A stretch of DNA of 64,000 bases from assembly GCF_009914755.1 (NCBI RefSeq), contig NC_060937.1; one strand, given 5' to 3'. Positions 28,501 to 42,420 of the stretch are shown here, piece by piece. The DNA is from the human T2T-CHM13v2.0 reference genome, Homo sapiens. The notes beneath the pieces are model-generated. The model searched no databases. It was not told the DNA's origin and saw only the letters and a list, made by a program, of their open reading frames with translations. The translations under genes and the position numbers were made by a program. Each line of letters opens with the position of its first letter. The stretch's first letter is position 1.

Positions 28501-29369
28501 ACAAGAAACCTCCCGGCTAGAACTGAGAAAACTTGCACCTGCTCCTCAAAAACAAACACCAAAGAATGAATGCCTCAAGGTCAAACTATGCTGCAGTGAC
28601 AATTCTGAATCCCATAACCTAACAATATTTCAACCTCATAGAAGAACGTAAACTGTACCATATCTAAATTTGACCTTCTGCTTAGCAAGCATCCATAAAC
28701 AAGCTCATAATGTCATCACTCAAAAAACAAAGTGGAATTGGTATGTGGCACTAGGATAGGCTGTGGTGACACTGACGTTAACCCAACCAACCACCCTCTG
28801 TCCTCCTCCTGACCCTCCATCAGACCTCCCCAACCAACGTCAGCACAGACACTCTTCATGCTGTAACTACTAAACAGAGGTTTCTGATGACAGTAACAGT
28901 TTTTCACAGAGCAGCATACGCTGTAAGCTGTGACTGGACAGGAAATACAATGAAAATGCTAATTGGCATCACAGATCCCACTTTCATGTTTTATTAATGA
29001 CAACTGCACCATATTTGTAAAATAATTTACATAATATGTTAATTCTCCAAAGAGGAGGGAATGGGAGCTCATAATTGCATATGGAATCAGCACTTTCTCT
29101 GCCTCTACCAAGACTACATAATGCTTTAGATTTTTCTAATAGTGGCTCTTTTTAGGATGGGTTACATTTAAAAGTCAGTCAAGATTAAATTTTTAAATCT
29201 ACTTTTTGGGATATAGACGCATTAGTAAATGTTCATGGTGGCTTTAGACCTGGCGGTGCACTAGTTTTATGTTAAAGAATTAGGGAAGATTCAGTAGTAA
29301 ATGAGTGCACACAAAATGAAATGCAAGACTGCTTGGAACTCATAAAAGCACTTGGAATCTGGTTGCTGA

Positions 29370-29753
<384 letters not shown>

Positions 29754-31060
29754 CATGATCTTCTTAAATGGAGGGACTTGCCAAAATTGCTCTAGAACTT
29801 TCGATGAGTTAGGCAAAGGAACCACCAGCATAAGGAAACCAGAGTTCAGGCAGGGCCATGCTCCATGGGCACATGATGAAGCCAGAAGAGCTGCCCACTC
29901 ATAGAATCCAGTGTGACCTAAGGCTGCTTTTGATTTTTAAAATCATGGGCCATGGTCACATAGGCAGCCCCACATGGCTCAACTGACCTCAGCCTTTTTA
30001 AAGTTTATCAACTTGCTCCTTTTTTTTTAAACATTAACGGCACTAGTCGTATAAGCATGCCTATTTTGGCGATTTTTAAAAATAAAATTGGAATTCGTCT
30101 TATTCCCAGTCTACTGATGATTTGTGAGTTAAGTTTGTAATTATGGTGTAACTTACAAGCTAGGGTGGTAAGTAAAACCACTATGTTCTGAAACCTGATA
30201 AAGGAGGCTTTCTAGAGAGCATTCCTCAGCCCTGGAAACATCATAGTAACTGGAAAATCTCATTTTTCTCTGTATTCACTGCTCTCAAATGAAGAGGATC
30301 AGATAGGAAGATGGGGCTCCCTCAAGTTTGTGCCTTTGAATTCTGGAAGATGCTGCTTATTAAATCAAGGCAGTATGTAAAAGTGGCCAAATACATAGTA
30401 ATGACAACTAAATAAGAAGATGCAGAAAAAGGAAAGAAAATATGTTTCGATACATTACCTACCTTCTCCCCTATTTTAGGAGTTTAGGAGTCTCCCAGGA
30501 GCAGTGACCACTGAGAACCAAAGGTTGTATTCTTCAACCCTGGTCCTAATAAAACACTTGTCACATAGAGCTGGTTACCTTGACAGATGCCAAATTGCCT
30601 GAGCTACACAGTTTCTCGCTTCATCTTTAGCATCAAGATAATTTCAGGCCCTTTTCAGGATTTAATTATTTTAGTTATTCCATGTGGTTATTCACATGCA
30701 TAAGAATTACATTTCACTCGTTCTGTTACTCGTTGATTAGTGAGTACATTCACTGAACACCTATTACGTGTCAGGTACTGTGCTCTCTGATAGTACTGGT
30801 ACCTCTGAAGGGTGCCTCACTGACAGAGGAAATTGATTTCTCCCTCCACCTTATTTCCCAATGTCAAATTTCTGAGTCCTAATTAGTGTGTTTGTTGTTT
30901 TTTGTTTTGTTTTGTTTTTTGCCTTTGACAATCTGTTTTCTTTCTATGAAAATGGGAAATAAAAGAGGATGCTTGGAATGTTGACACCACTTCTGGGTGG
31001 ATTATTATCTCTCTAGATTAACTCTATCTTGGCTTCCTTATCTATTCAAACACCGGTAGC

Positions 31061-31139
31061 CTGAACCAAAAAGCTACTGAACCAAACTGGCAACTGAACC
31101 AACTGAACCAAAAAGCTGGCAACTGAACCAAAAAGCTAC
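31061..31139. repeat. Mosaic short repeat built from five CTGAACCAA modules
   Basis: CTGAACCAA at 31061, 31077, 31094, 31103 and 31123. Confidence 0.92.
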
Positions 31140-33175
31140 AAGAAAAATTGTGGGAGGCCTCGTGGTCCTTTCAACAGCAGAATTATTTTCACTGGAAAGC
31201 TCAACAGACAACTGATTCTTCAAATATTCTCCCCAACAATTCCCTCAAACAAGTCAAAGAACCTGAGACAAACGTCAATGCTAAGGTAGGCTGCGTGTTC
31301 ATTCCACCACTGTGTAATACCACAGAGACAGGTACGAGAGTACTAATCGAGGCCTGCGTTTCCACATTTAAAAGGTGCAAACCAAACTAGCAAACTACTG
31401 AATAAAATATCACCTGCCTTCTAACTGGATAAATATATCCTTATAATTATAAAATTAATTGAATGTGCATAGACCTAAATGTCTCCCTAGTCTGGAGAGG
31501 TTTAGATAAGTAACAAAATAATTACATACAAAATTCATAAGTTATATCTCATACAATTTTTTCTTATCATTATTTTAGAAAATTCACTAATTAGGGGGCT
31601 ATAATAAAGATTCTTCTGCATAATTTGTGTTCTACTGACACAAAGTAAGCAATTTTGGGGGATCACCATAGCTTTTAAATTTTTGCAGGAAGTTTTTTGT
31701 TATTTTAGATTGGAATAACATCACACTGCTGAAGCAATAGACACTGGTATTATTAATAAAATTCACAAAGTAATTTGTAGATTTGAAAATAAGCCGTGAG
31801 CTTTACATCTAGCATTCAAACATTGTAATAAGGTTGTATAGGATGAATCATTGTCATTGTAGAAAATGTGAAAACATTTTAATTTTATCATATAAATGAC
31901 TACAATTTACAAAGCAGTTTTTGGCTAAATGAGTAACTAGATTCACAAAGTATTTTTAAAATTCTTCTTTCAAATTTTTCACTGCAAGAGAATTTTAAAT
32001 TAAACCAAAAATAGAAGTATGTTGTTCATGGTCAGAACAGTCTATATAGAAATCCATTTGAAGATCATTTGCATATGAATCTTCTTTATTATAGTCATGC
32101 AAAATTCAAATCATGATAATGAGTAACAAAATTTTACACAAAAATATGTAAGCAAGCTACAATGCCCTTTTGAAAATTTAATAGAACTCTTATTAAATAC
32201 TTTTATTCTCAAAATTCACAATTTTGTGTTCAATATCCATCGAGTTCCCATGTAAAAAAAAATTGGTTACGTGCTTCAAAATTAAATATTTGGAAATACA
32301 TATGTATATATAAAAATTTAAGAGCAATTTGACGTATTTAATGTTAGAAAATGTTTCTCAGGCCATCTCATACAACTGTTGTGAAATGTGTGCTAATTCA
32401 CAAATACCTTCTGAACAAAATTTAGTATATGAAGAGAAGGAGGAACCTAGGTGCTCAGTGTTGCTGAGGAATGATACTTCATTATGCAAGAGTCTATTGC
32501 ATCTGTGCTCTCTGAAAAGAAGAATTTGACAAGCTAATTAATTTGTCGTTTCTTTTATCTAAGTGTTTCTGCCTCATATCCCCTCTGCCCTGAAAAGCAG
32601 CATCTATCTTTGGTGTTGGCAGCAGCACAACCCCAAACCTTCATGCATTTAGTTTCCTTTATGTCAAGGACACAGCAGTAGATGTGGGAAATGTATTTCT
32701 GGGAATCTATGTGGTGCTATTATGGTGAGATATTTGGAGTTATGGGTTGCATTGGAAAGTGCTAACAACCTCCATAGAAGCTGAGCAGAAGGTGGACCTG
32801 GAAAACTCAAAGTAGGGGCTATTTTACAACTAGTACAACCGTACAATCATGTGCCAGTGGAATAATGCATTTGCCTGGCACCTACAAGGCAACCACAATA
32901 TTTATTAAATAAATTAATAAAAAACGAATGAAGACAGAATAAATGAAAAGAGGATGTTGTGTCCATCATGAAAACACCCAGGTGTATCAATAATTATGTT
33001 ACAGTTTGAAGGAAGTATATTGAAATTGGGTATAAGTAGAAAGGAATAAGTATCATTTGGCAGTATCATTACTGCCAAAGAAGAATTTTCCTCTACAGAC
33101 CTGATCATCAGGTGTGTTTTAATACAGAGATATACAAACCTGAGCAGTCCCAAGCTCACCCCTGGCCTCCTATCA

Positions 33176-33176
33176 C

Positions 33177-33230
<54 letters not shown>

Positions 33231-33235
33231 CACAC
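33176..33235. repeat. Compound (CT)n(TA)10(CA)n microsatellite
   Basis: Read directly from the sequence. Confidence 0.97.
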
Positions 33236-35548
33236 TGTATGATTAGGACAATTGTCAACTTTTAAGTGTTTGGTTAACAGTTTGAAGTTTTACTTCTGAA
33301 ACCCCAATACTTCCTTGCAACCCAAACAGAAATATCAGAATACAGCCAGGTCTGTCCTTTTGGTATTTCCAAGCCCAGCTGAAATCAAGCAAGCATCATT
33401 CTAGTCATAATACCCCAGAACAAGCCAATTGCCTTGAGCCTGGAGCCCATTCTAGGCTGCAAATGCAGCCAATGCCTCTGCACTTATACCATAACTTTGA
33501 AGGGGGAGAGGTGGGGCCATAGAACAGAAGGAAAAATAAGCTCAAGAAACTAAATTGAGAGTAAGAAAGACCAAGATGGCAGAGTATGAAAATACCAGCC
33601 TTCATCTCCCCACAAACAAGCAAAACTAGATAGCTATTCACAAACCAAACCAGCCCAGACAGGGTTCAAGGGACCATTAAAGAATCTTCAGCAACACCAT
33701 GAAGGAAAAACAAAAAAGAAAGAATACTCAAATAGAAAAGATCATTGGTGAGATCAGCATCCCTGAGATACCAGGAGATGGTGAAGAGCAAAGAAGAAAG
33801 GCAGAGGCTATTGGCATCAGACACAGCGGAAATCACAATGGTCCCCAGTGTCCTGCTCCACAGAGGACACCAACATCTTTTGCCACTAAAGTAACCAGTA
33901 GCCATTTCCACCAAGGAACCCCAGAAAGGAAGGTGTGCCTGCATATCCCTCCTCCGCCAAGAAGCAGCTGATGATGAGCTGCTTCAAGAAAGGAGCCACG
34001 ACCTTTCCCAAGTTCTCCCATGCCCTAGTACTGGAGCCTCACTTTCCCACAAGTGCCCATATTCCAGACCCAAGCTCTGTGGCAGTGGTGGGCCTGCCCA
34101 TGTGTCAGACACCACAGGTATCACCACAGTGAGCTAGCTGGCACTCTGGCCCTAGAGCCAAGCCCTTGATGCTTATACCTATACTCCAAGACCTGGCTCA
34201 GCTGCCATAGATAACTAGGCCTCATCCCAATCCCAGAGCCACCGTAACTTTGCATATACCTGTGCTCTTATTCTCAGTTTCCCAGCTGTTTCACAGACAT
34301 TCATCTCTCACAAACATTACCAACGCAGTAGCAGAAGAGCTGCCTGCACCCTGAGCACCAATAACATTACTGCCCCCCGAAGCCAGAGTCCTTCCATGTA
34401 CACCCATGCTTCAGGCCTCAGCTCCATGGCCGCTACAGAGGTGGCACTCATCAGACACTCATGCCACCACTACCACAGGGAAGCCCACAAGCCAGACCCA
34501 GTACCAACAGGGATCCCCTCAGCCACAACTTCATTAGTGAGAGAAAAAGAGATCTGGAGGACATTAGCAGCCATTGCCACTGAAGATCTCATCAACTCTC
34601 ACCACCACTATGACCACCCACAACATTAGTCCCTGAGAATCCCTGTAACCTTCATCAACACTGACCTCAGCTGACAGAACTGCTCAGAGAATACACAGCT
34701 GTGCCCTCATCAGTGGCAGAACTCTTGCACACCACAGCAAACACTCTCAAACCTATAGGAAAATAAATTTACACAGCAAAATTAGCCCATAAAGTCTGCA
34801 AGAGGTGATCTCTTCACCAAATGTGCAGAAATCAATGTAAGGCAACAAGAAACATTAAAAAAAATAATAAAGAGACATAACATCACCAAAAAACCCCACA
34901 ATAATCTTTCAGTAGCTGACTCCAAAGAAATGGAGATATGCAAACTGTGTGACAAAGAATTCAAAATAATTAGTTTAAGGAAGCTCAGCAGAAACAATTC
35001 AACAAAATTAGAAAAATAATAAATGACCAAAACAAGAAATTTAACTGATTTAAATCATAAAAAAAATCAAACAAAATTCCTGGAACTTAAACATATAATG
35101 AAAGAAAGAAAAAAATGCAATAGAAAGTGTCAAGAGTAGAAATGATCAAGCAGAAGAAATAATTTATAAACCTGAAGACAGCTTATTTGAAAATGTACAG
35201 TCAAAGGAGAAAGAATGAGGATGAATGAAGAAATTTTATGAGATTTGTGAAATAAAATCAAAAGAGCAAATGTGTGAGTTGCAGGAGTTAAAGGAGGAGA
35301 AGAGACAAACAAAAGAGTGCAATGATTATTTTTAAAAATAATAACAGAAACATTTCAAATATGGGGAAAATATAAATACCCAGTTATAGAAAGTCAGAGG
35401 TTGGAATAAGATTCAATCCAAAGAAACCTACACAAGATATATTATAATCATACTACAAAAATCAAAGACAGAGAGGATTCTGAAAGCAACAAGAGAAAAT
35501 AAGCAAAAAACATATAAAGGAGTTCCAATAAGGCTAGTAGCATGTTTC

Positions 35549-35734
35549 TTGGCAGAGAACTTACAGGTCATGAGAGACTGGGAGGATATATTCAAAGCGT
35601 TGAGGGAAAAAACTGCCAAGGATAGTGTACACAGCAAAGTTGGCCTTCAGGGGAAAAGTGAAAGAAGGATAAAGACCTTCCCAGACATAGAAACACTGAA
35701 GGAGTTCACCATCACTAGACCTATCTTACAATAA
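35549..35734 (+). pseudogene. L1 ORF1p C-terminal remnant
   Basis: Translation 'AENLQVMRDWEDIFKALREK...TLKEFTITRPILQ' resembles L1 ORF1p 'AETLQARREW..IF..LKEK...F.TTRPAL'; frameshifted and truncated. Confidence 0.8.
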
Positions 35735-37880
35735 ATGCTAAGGAAAGTTCTTCAAGCTGGAATACAAGAACACTAATTAGTAACACAAAAACAAATAAAA
35801 ATGTAAAACCCATTGGTAAGAGCAAGTACAGCGTCAAATTCAGAATACTCTAATAATGTGTTGGTGGTATGTAAATCCCTTATATCTTTAGTATCAAGGT
35901 TAAAGGAAAACTATTAAAATATGTAGCCCTAATAAATTAGGGTATTTTCAACAGAAAATTATGTAAATTGTGACATCAAAAGCATAAAGTGTGAGACTGA
36001 GGGTGGTAAAAGTATAACTATTTAGTACAATCAAATTTAAGTTGTTATCAGCTTAAAATAGGCTGTTAGAAGTTTTAGATAAGCCTTATAGTAACCACAA
36101 AGCAAAAAACTATATTAGATACACAGAAAATTAAAAGTAAGGAATTAAAGCATACCACTAGAGAAAATAATCTAATCACAGAAAAAGGCAGCAAAAGGGG
36201 AAGAACAAAAACATTTACAAAACAACAAAATAATTAACAAAATGGGAATAGTCTTTCCCTATGAATAATTACCTTGAATGCAAATAGATTAAATATTTTA
36301 TTAAGAATCATAGAGTGGGTGAATGGATAAAAAATGAAGACCCAACCATATTACAAGAGACCCATCTTATTTTGAAGGATACAGATGGACTAAAAAGTGA
36401 TGGGATAGAAAAAGATATTCCAAACAAATGGAACAAAAAGCAGGAATAGCTACACCTATATCAGATAAAACAGATTTTCAGTCAAAAACTATAAAAATAG
36501 ACAGAGAAAGTCCTTAAATAACAATAAATGTATCAATGAATCAAGAAACTATAATAACAATTAATACATATGCACCCAATATAGGAGCACCTAAAAATAC
36601 AAAGCAATTAGAGAGAGACTGCAATGCAATAATAATAAGGGACTTAAATATACCCACTTTCTACCATGGACAATGATCCAGACAGAAAATCAGTAACGAA
36701 ACACTGGACTTCAACTGAGCCTTTGACCAAATGGACCTAATAGACATACACAGAACATTCCATCCAACTGCACCAAAATACAAATTATCTTCAAATGCAC
36801 ACAGAATATTCTCCAAGATAGGTCATATGTTAGGCCACAAAAAACATCATAACACACTTTAAAAGACTGAAATCATAGCACATATCTTTTCTGATGACAA
36901 GAATATGAAATTAGAAATCAATAACAAGAATTTTGGAAAATTCACTAATATGTGGAAATTAAACATGTTTCTATACAAAAGATCAAATAAGAAATTTAAA
37001 GACAAAATTTAAAATATCTTGACATAAAAGAAAATGGTAATACAACATACCAAACTTATGAAATGCAGCAAAAGCAGATCTAAGAGGGAAGTTTATAGCA
37101 ATAAACATCTACATCAAAAAAGAAAAAAATATCTCAAATAAAAAACCTAAAGTTCACCTCAAGGAACTAGAAAAAGATGAACAAACTAAGCCCAAAGTGA
37201 ATAAAGAAAGAAAAACAATAATGCTCAGAGCACAAATAAATTAAACAGAGACTAGATAAACAACAGTAAAGATGAACAAAACTAAGTGTTGGTTTCTTGA
37301 AAAGATGAACAAAATTGACAAACCATTATCTAGACTAACCAAGAAAAAAAAGAGAGAAGACTGAAATAAATAAAATTAGAACCAAAAGAGAAGACACTAC
37401 AGTTGATACACAGAAATGCAAGGGACCATAAGAAACTACTATGAACAGTTATTCATCAATGTGTTGGATAACCTAGAAGAAACAGATAATTTCCTAGACC
37501 CATCTAACCTACCAAGATTGAATCATGAAGCAATCAACAATCTGAACAGACTAATAACACATAAAAAATTAAATCTATAATAAAATATCCCATCAAAGAA
37601 AAGTTCAGAACCTGATGGCTTGGTTGCTGAATTCTACCAAACACTGAAAGAAAAACTAGTACCAATCCTTCTCACACTCTCCCAAAAAAATAAATAAAAG
37701 GGAATACCTCCAAACTCATTTTACAAGGCCAGCATTACAATTATACCAATCAATGACAAGAAAACCAGAAGAAAAGAAAATTACAGACCAATAACCATGA
37801 AGAACTTACATGCAAAAATCCACAACAAAATACTAGCAAACCTAATTCAATGCACATGAAGAATCATTCACCATGTCCAC

Positions 37881-38276
37881 GTGAAATTTGTTCCTAGGAT
37901 GCAAGGGTGGCTCAAGATATGCAAATCAATAAATGCAATGCACCTCATTAACAGAATGAAGGACAAAAATCACATGATCACTTCAACAGATGCAGAAAAG
38001 TCATCCAACAAAATTCAACCTCCTATTATGACACAAACTCTCAACAAATTAGAAACAGAAAAAAAAATGTACTTCAACACAATAAAGGCCATATATACCA
38101 ACCCAATAACTAATATCATGCTCAACAGTAAAAAGTTGAAATCTTTTCCCATGAGATCAGGAACAAAAAAAGAATTTCCACTCTTGCCATTTTGCTTCAA
38201 CATAGTACTGGAAGTCCTAGCCAGAGCGACTAAGCAAGAACAAGAATTAAAAAGCATCAAAATTGGAAAAGAATAA
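37881..38276 (+). pseudogene. L1 ORF2p reverse-transcriptase remnant
   Basis: 'MQGWLKICKSIN..HLINRMKDKNHMI.S.DAEK...FNIVLEVLARA.KQE.E.K.I.IGKE' is L1 RT; it stops before the catalytic FADD motif, which is itself degenerate. Confidence 0.92.
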
Positions 38277-39700
38277 GTTAAAGTTTCTGTTTTCATATGA
38301 CATGACCTTATATGTGGAAAACTCTAAGGACTCTACCAAAAAAACTGATAAAAGTAATAAACAAATTCAGTGTAGTTGCAGGATACAAAATCAATATACA
38401 AAAATTAGTAGCATTCTATTTTTTTAGTAGTGGATTCTATACCCTAACAACAAACTATTCAGAAAAAAGATTAAGAAAATATCCCATTCATAATAGCAGC
38501 AAACAAACAAAGAGGAATAAATGTAGCCAAAGAGGTAAAAGACTTGTACACTGCAACTATAAAATGCTGATGAAAGAAACTGAAGACAAAAATAAAATGA
38601 AAGATATCCTGTGTTCATGAACCAGAAGGATTATTTTGTTAAAATGTTCACATTTTAACAAAATGTGAGCAATTTACAGATTTAATGCAATCTCTATCAA
38701 AATAACAATGACATTTTTCACAGAAATAGGAAAAAATCATAAAATCTGTATGGTGCCTCAACAGACTTTCAATAGCAAAACCAATTGAGCAAAAAGAACA
38801 AAGCCAGAGGTATCACACCACCTGACTTCCAAATATATGATAAAGCTATCATAATCAAAAGAGCATGGTATTGGTGTAAAAACAGGCATACAGACCAGTG
38901 AAACAGAATAGAGAACACAAAAATAAATCTCCACCTGTATAGTCGATTAATTTCAACAAAGGTTCCAAGGATACATGATGGGGAAAGAGTTGTCCCTTCA
39001 ATAAACGGTATTAGGAAAACTGAGTATCTACATGTAGAAGCATGAAATTGGATGTTTATTTCATACCATATAGAAAAGTCAACTCAAAACAGATAAACAA
39101 CTTAAATATAAGACCTGACACTGTAAAGCTGCTATGCTAGAAGAAAACATAAGGAAAACATGACATTGGTCTGGGCAATTATTTCTTGGATCGGACTCCA
39201 AAAGTACAACAATGAAAACAACAATGGACAAATGGGATTACATGAAAATAAGAAGCTTCTGTGCGCAAAGTAAACAATGAAGAGAGTGAAGAGATAGCCC
39301 ATGAAATAAGAGAGAATATTTGTAAACCATACATCAGATAAGGGGCTAATATCCAAAATATATAAGGAACTCAAACAACTCAATGACAAAAAAACACCCA
39401 ACTTAAAAATGGGAAAAGAATCTTAAGGGATATTTCTCAAAAGAAGAGATATGAATAGCCAACAGATGTATTTAAAAAGTCAGTGTCTCTAATCATCAGG
39501 GAAATGCTAATTAAAACAATGAGATAACATCTGACACCTGTTAGAATGGCTATTATCAAAAAGATGAATGATAAGTATTGGTAAAAATGTGGAGAACAGG
39601 GAACTCTTGTGTACTGTTGATGGGAATGTAAATTAGTATAGCCATTTTGGAAAATAGTTTGGTGACACCTCAAAAAACTAAAGACAGAATTCCCACATGA

Positions 39701-40111
<411 letters not shown>

Positions 40112-40729
40112 TGACAACACAGATAAACCTGGAAGACAATGTGTTAGATGAAGTAAGCCTGTCACAGAAAGACAAAGACCACATGATCTCGCTTATATGT
40201 GAAATCTAAAAAAAAGTCAAACTCATAGAAACAGTAAAATGCTTGTTACCAGAAGCTGAGGAGTGGAGCAATTGAGGAGATGTTTGTCAAAGGATACAAA
40301 ATTTCAGGTAGACAGAAGGAATAAATTCCAGATCTCTATTGTATAACACGGTGACTACAGTTAAAAACAACATATTGTGTATCTGAAAAATGCTATGACA
40401 GATTTTAAGTATTCTCACTATAAAAAAAGTGTGTGTGATGTAATGCGTATGTAAATAGCTTGATTTCGCCATTCCACAATGTATACATATATTAAAACAA
40501 CATGTTGTACACTATAAGCACATACAATTTTTAATAAAGAAAAAGAGTAAGACTGGAAAAAGACAAATGTTAAGTTTCACCTGACCCTCTAAAAAAAACT
40601 GAAAGAAAAAGAACTTGATATGGAAAAACAGAAAATAAACTCTAAAATGTGATCACAACCTACAGAGAAATTCTGGAGGAGCAATGGATGCACCTGTTCA
40701 GCTTACCCTTATCTGGCCTCCACTCCTGG

Positions 40730-40842
40730 GTCCTGAACTCTGTGAGGAAAGGACTTCGTACTATTCAGCCTTGAATTCCCAGGGTTCACATTGTGTCTGG
40801 AAAATAATGGGCGTGCGAAAAATGCCGCTGTTGACTGAATCT
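40730..40842 (+). mobile_element. L2 3' terminal fragment
   Basis: 'gaactctgtgaggaaaggact...ttgaattcccaggg...tgtctgg...gttgactgaat'. Confidence 0.45.
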
Positions 40843-41099
40843 CTGCAGTCTATAAGTGGCATATTACAAGAATTCAGCATTAAACTCTCATGACAAACAC
40901 CTCACCTTGGCGCTTAAGTTATGTAACCCCCCTCCTCTTTTTGTGCCAAATGGGGGTAGTTTCAGAAAGACTCATTTAGTGAGATTTATCTTTCCCAAGC
41001 ACTGATTCTATACTACAGTTTAAGAAGAAAGCATTTGAATTTTAAGTTTTGATGCAATGTATATTAAGTGAGGGTCTTTAAACAGGAACTTGAATCAGT

Positions 41100-41241
41100 T
41101 CAGGATATATATATATATCCTGATGTACATGTATCTGTACATGTATCTGGGATACATGTATCTGTACATGTATCTGGGATACATGTATCTGTACATGTAT
41201 CTGGGATACATGTATCTGTACATGTATCTGGGATACATGTA
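41100..41241. repeat. 24-bp perfect palindrome followed by ~4.4 copies of a 27-bp tandem repeat
   Basis: TCAGG(AT)7CCTGA at 41100-41123, then (TGTACATGTATC TGGGATACATGTATC)n at 41124-41241. Confidence 0.97.
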
Positions 41242-41807
41242 CAGAACGTGCAGGTTTGTTACCTATGTATACACGTGCCTTGGTGGTTTGCTACACCCAT
41301 CAACCCATCATCTACATTAGGTATTTCTCCTAATGCTATCCCTCCCCTAGCCCCCCAACCCCAACAGGCCCCATTTTGTGATGTTCCCCTCCCTGTGTCC
41401 ATGTGTTCTCATTGTTCAACTCCCAATTATGAGTGAGAACATGTGGTGTTTGGTTTTCTTTTCCTATGTTAGTTTGCTGTGAATCATGGTTTCCAGCTTC
41501 ATCCATGTCCCTACAAAGGACATGAACTCATCATTTTTTATGGCTGCATAGTATTCCATAGTGCATATGTGCCACATTTATTCAGTCTATCACTGATGGG
41601 CATTTGGGTTGGTTCCAAGTCTTTGCTATTGTGAATAGTGCTGCAGTAAACATACATGTGTATGTGTCTTTATAGTAGAATGATTTATAATCCTTTGGGT
41701 ATATACCCAGTAATGGGATTGCTGGGTCAAATGGTATTCTGCTTCTACATCCTTGAAAAATCACCACACTGTCTTCCACAATGGTCGAACTAATTTACAC
41801 TCCCACC
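41227..41807 (-). mobile_element. L1PA (L1PA6/7-like) 3' fragment
   Basis: 'tctgggatacatgtacagaacgtgcaggtttgttac...ctcattgttcaactccc...gtaatgggattgctgggtcaaatgg...taatttacactcccacc'. Confidence 0.94.
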
Positions 41808-42289
41808 TGTCAGGTACTAGGAATGATTACAAGAAACAAGTGAGCCTCGTTTATATCTAATACCAAAAAGATGGGCTGAACATTCACCAATCAAGCAGAG
41901 ATATGCATTGTGGATTTTCTGCAATAGCAAAATGATAAACATCAAATAATCCTGCAGAGCAGGCTATTTCAATTCATTTTAAAAGATCTCTATTGTAGTT
42001 AATTCTTCTCATCAGTCATATTGGAAGTCATGTGGCTTGGGGCAGATGACTACCTTATGCATTTCTGTAGCCTCAGTACTTTACATGGGGCCCTCAATAT
42101 AGTAGCCACTCAATAAATGCACAAGGAAGAAAGGAAGAAATGAGGAAAAGAGGACAGGAAGAGAAATAAGGAATCGAAGGAAGGAATAATTCTTCCCAGT
42201 GTAACTGGCAACACCAGCTCTGAGATTTTTTTTTTCCAAGTGAAACCCTTTTTGTGCAGTTAGTTACCAAATTTCAAAATGTCTAAGAA

Positions 42290-42420
42290 TAACTGGGGAA
42301 CACATTAAACTACGTATTCCTGAATCCTTCAGTCATCTCCCTGTCAATATTCCTACTCAGCAGGTCTGGGGTAGGACCCAGGAGCCTGCATTACTCACAA
42401 GTACTGCAGAAAATAGGGTA
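42290..42420. mobile_element. MER5-family fragment (hAT-Charlie)
   Basis: 'tcagcaggtctggggtaggacccaggagcctgcatt..cacaag'. Confidence 0.55.

Noticed and set aside
41068-41436. ORFs with repetitive peptides (VHVSGIHVS / YMYLGYMYL)
   Set aside because: Simply translations of the 27-bp tandem repeat running into antisense L1PA
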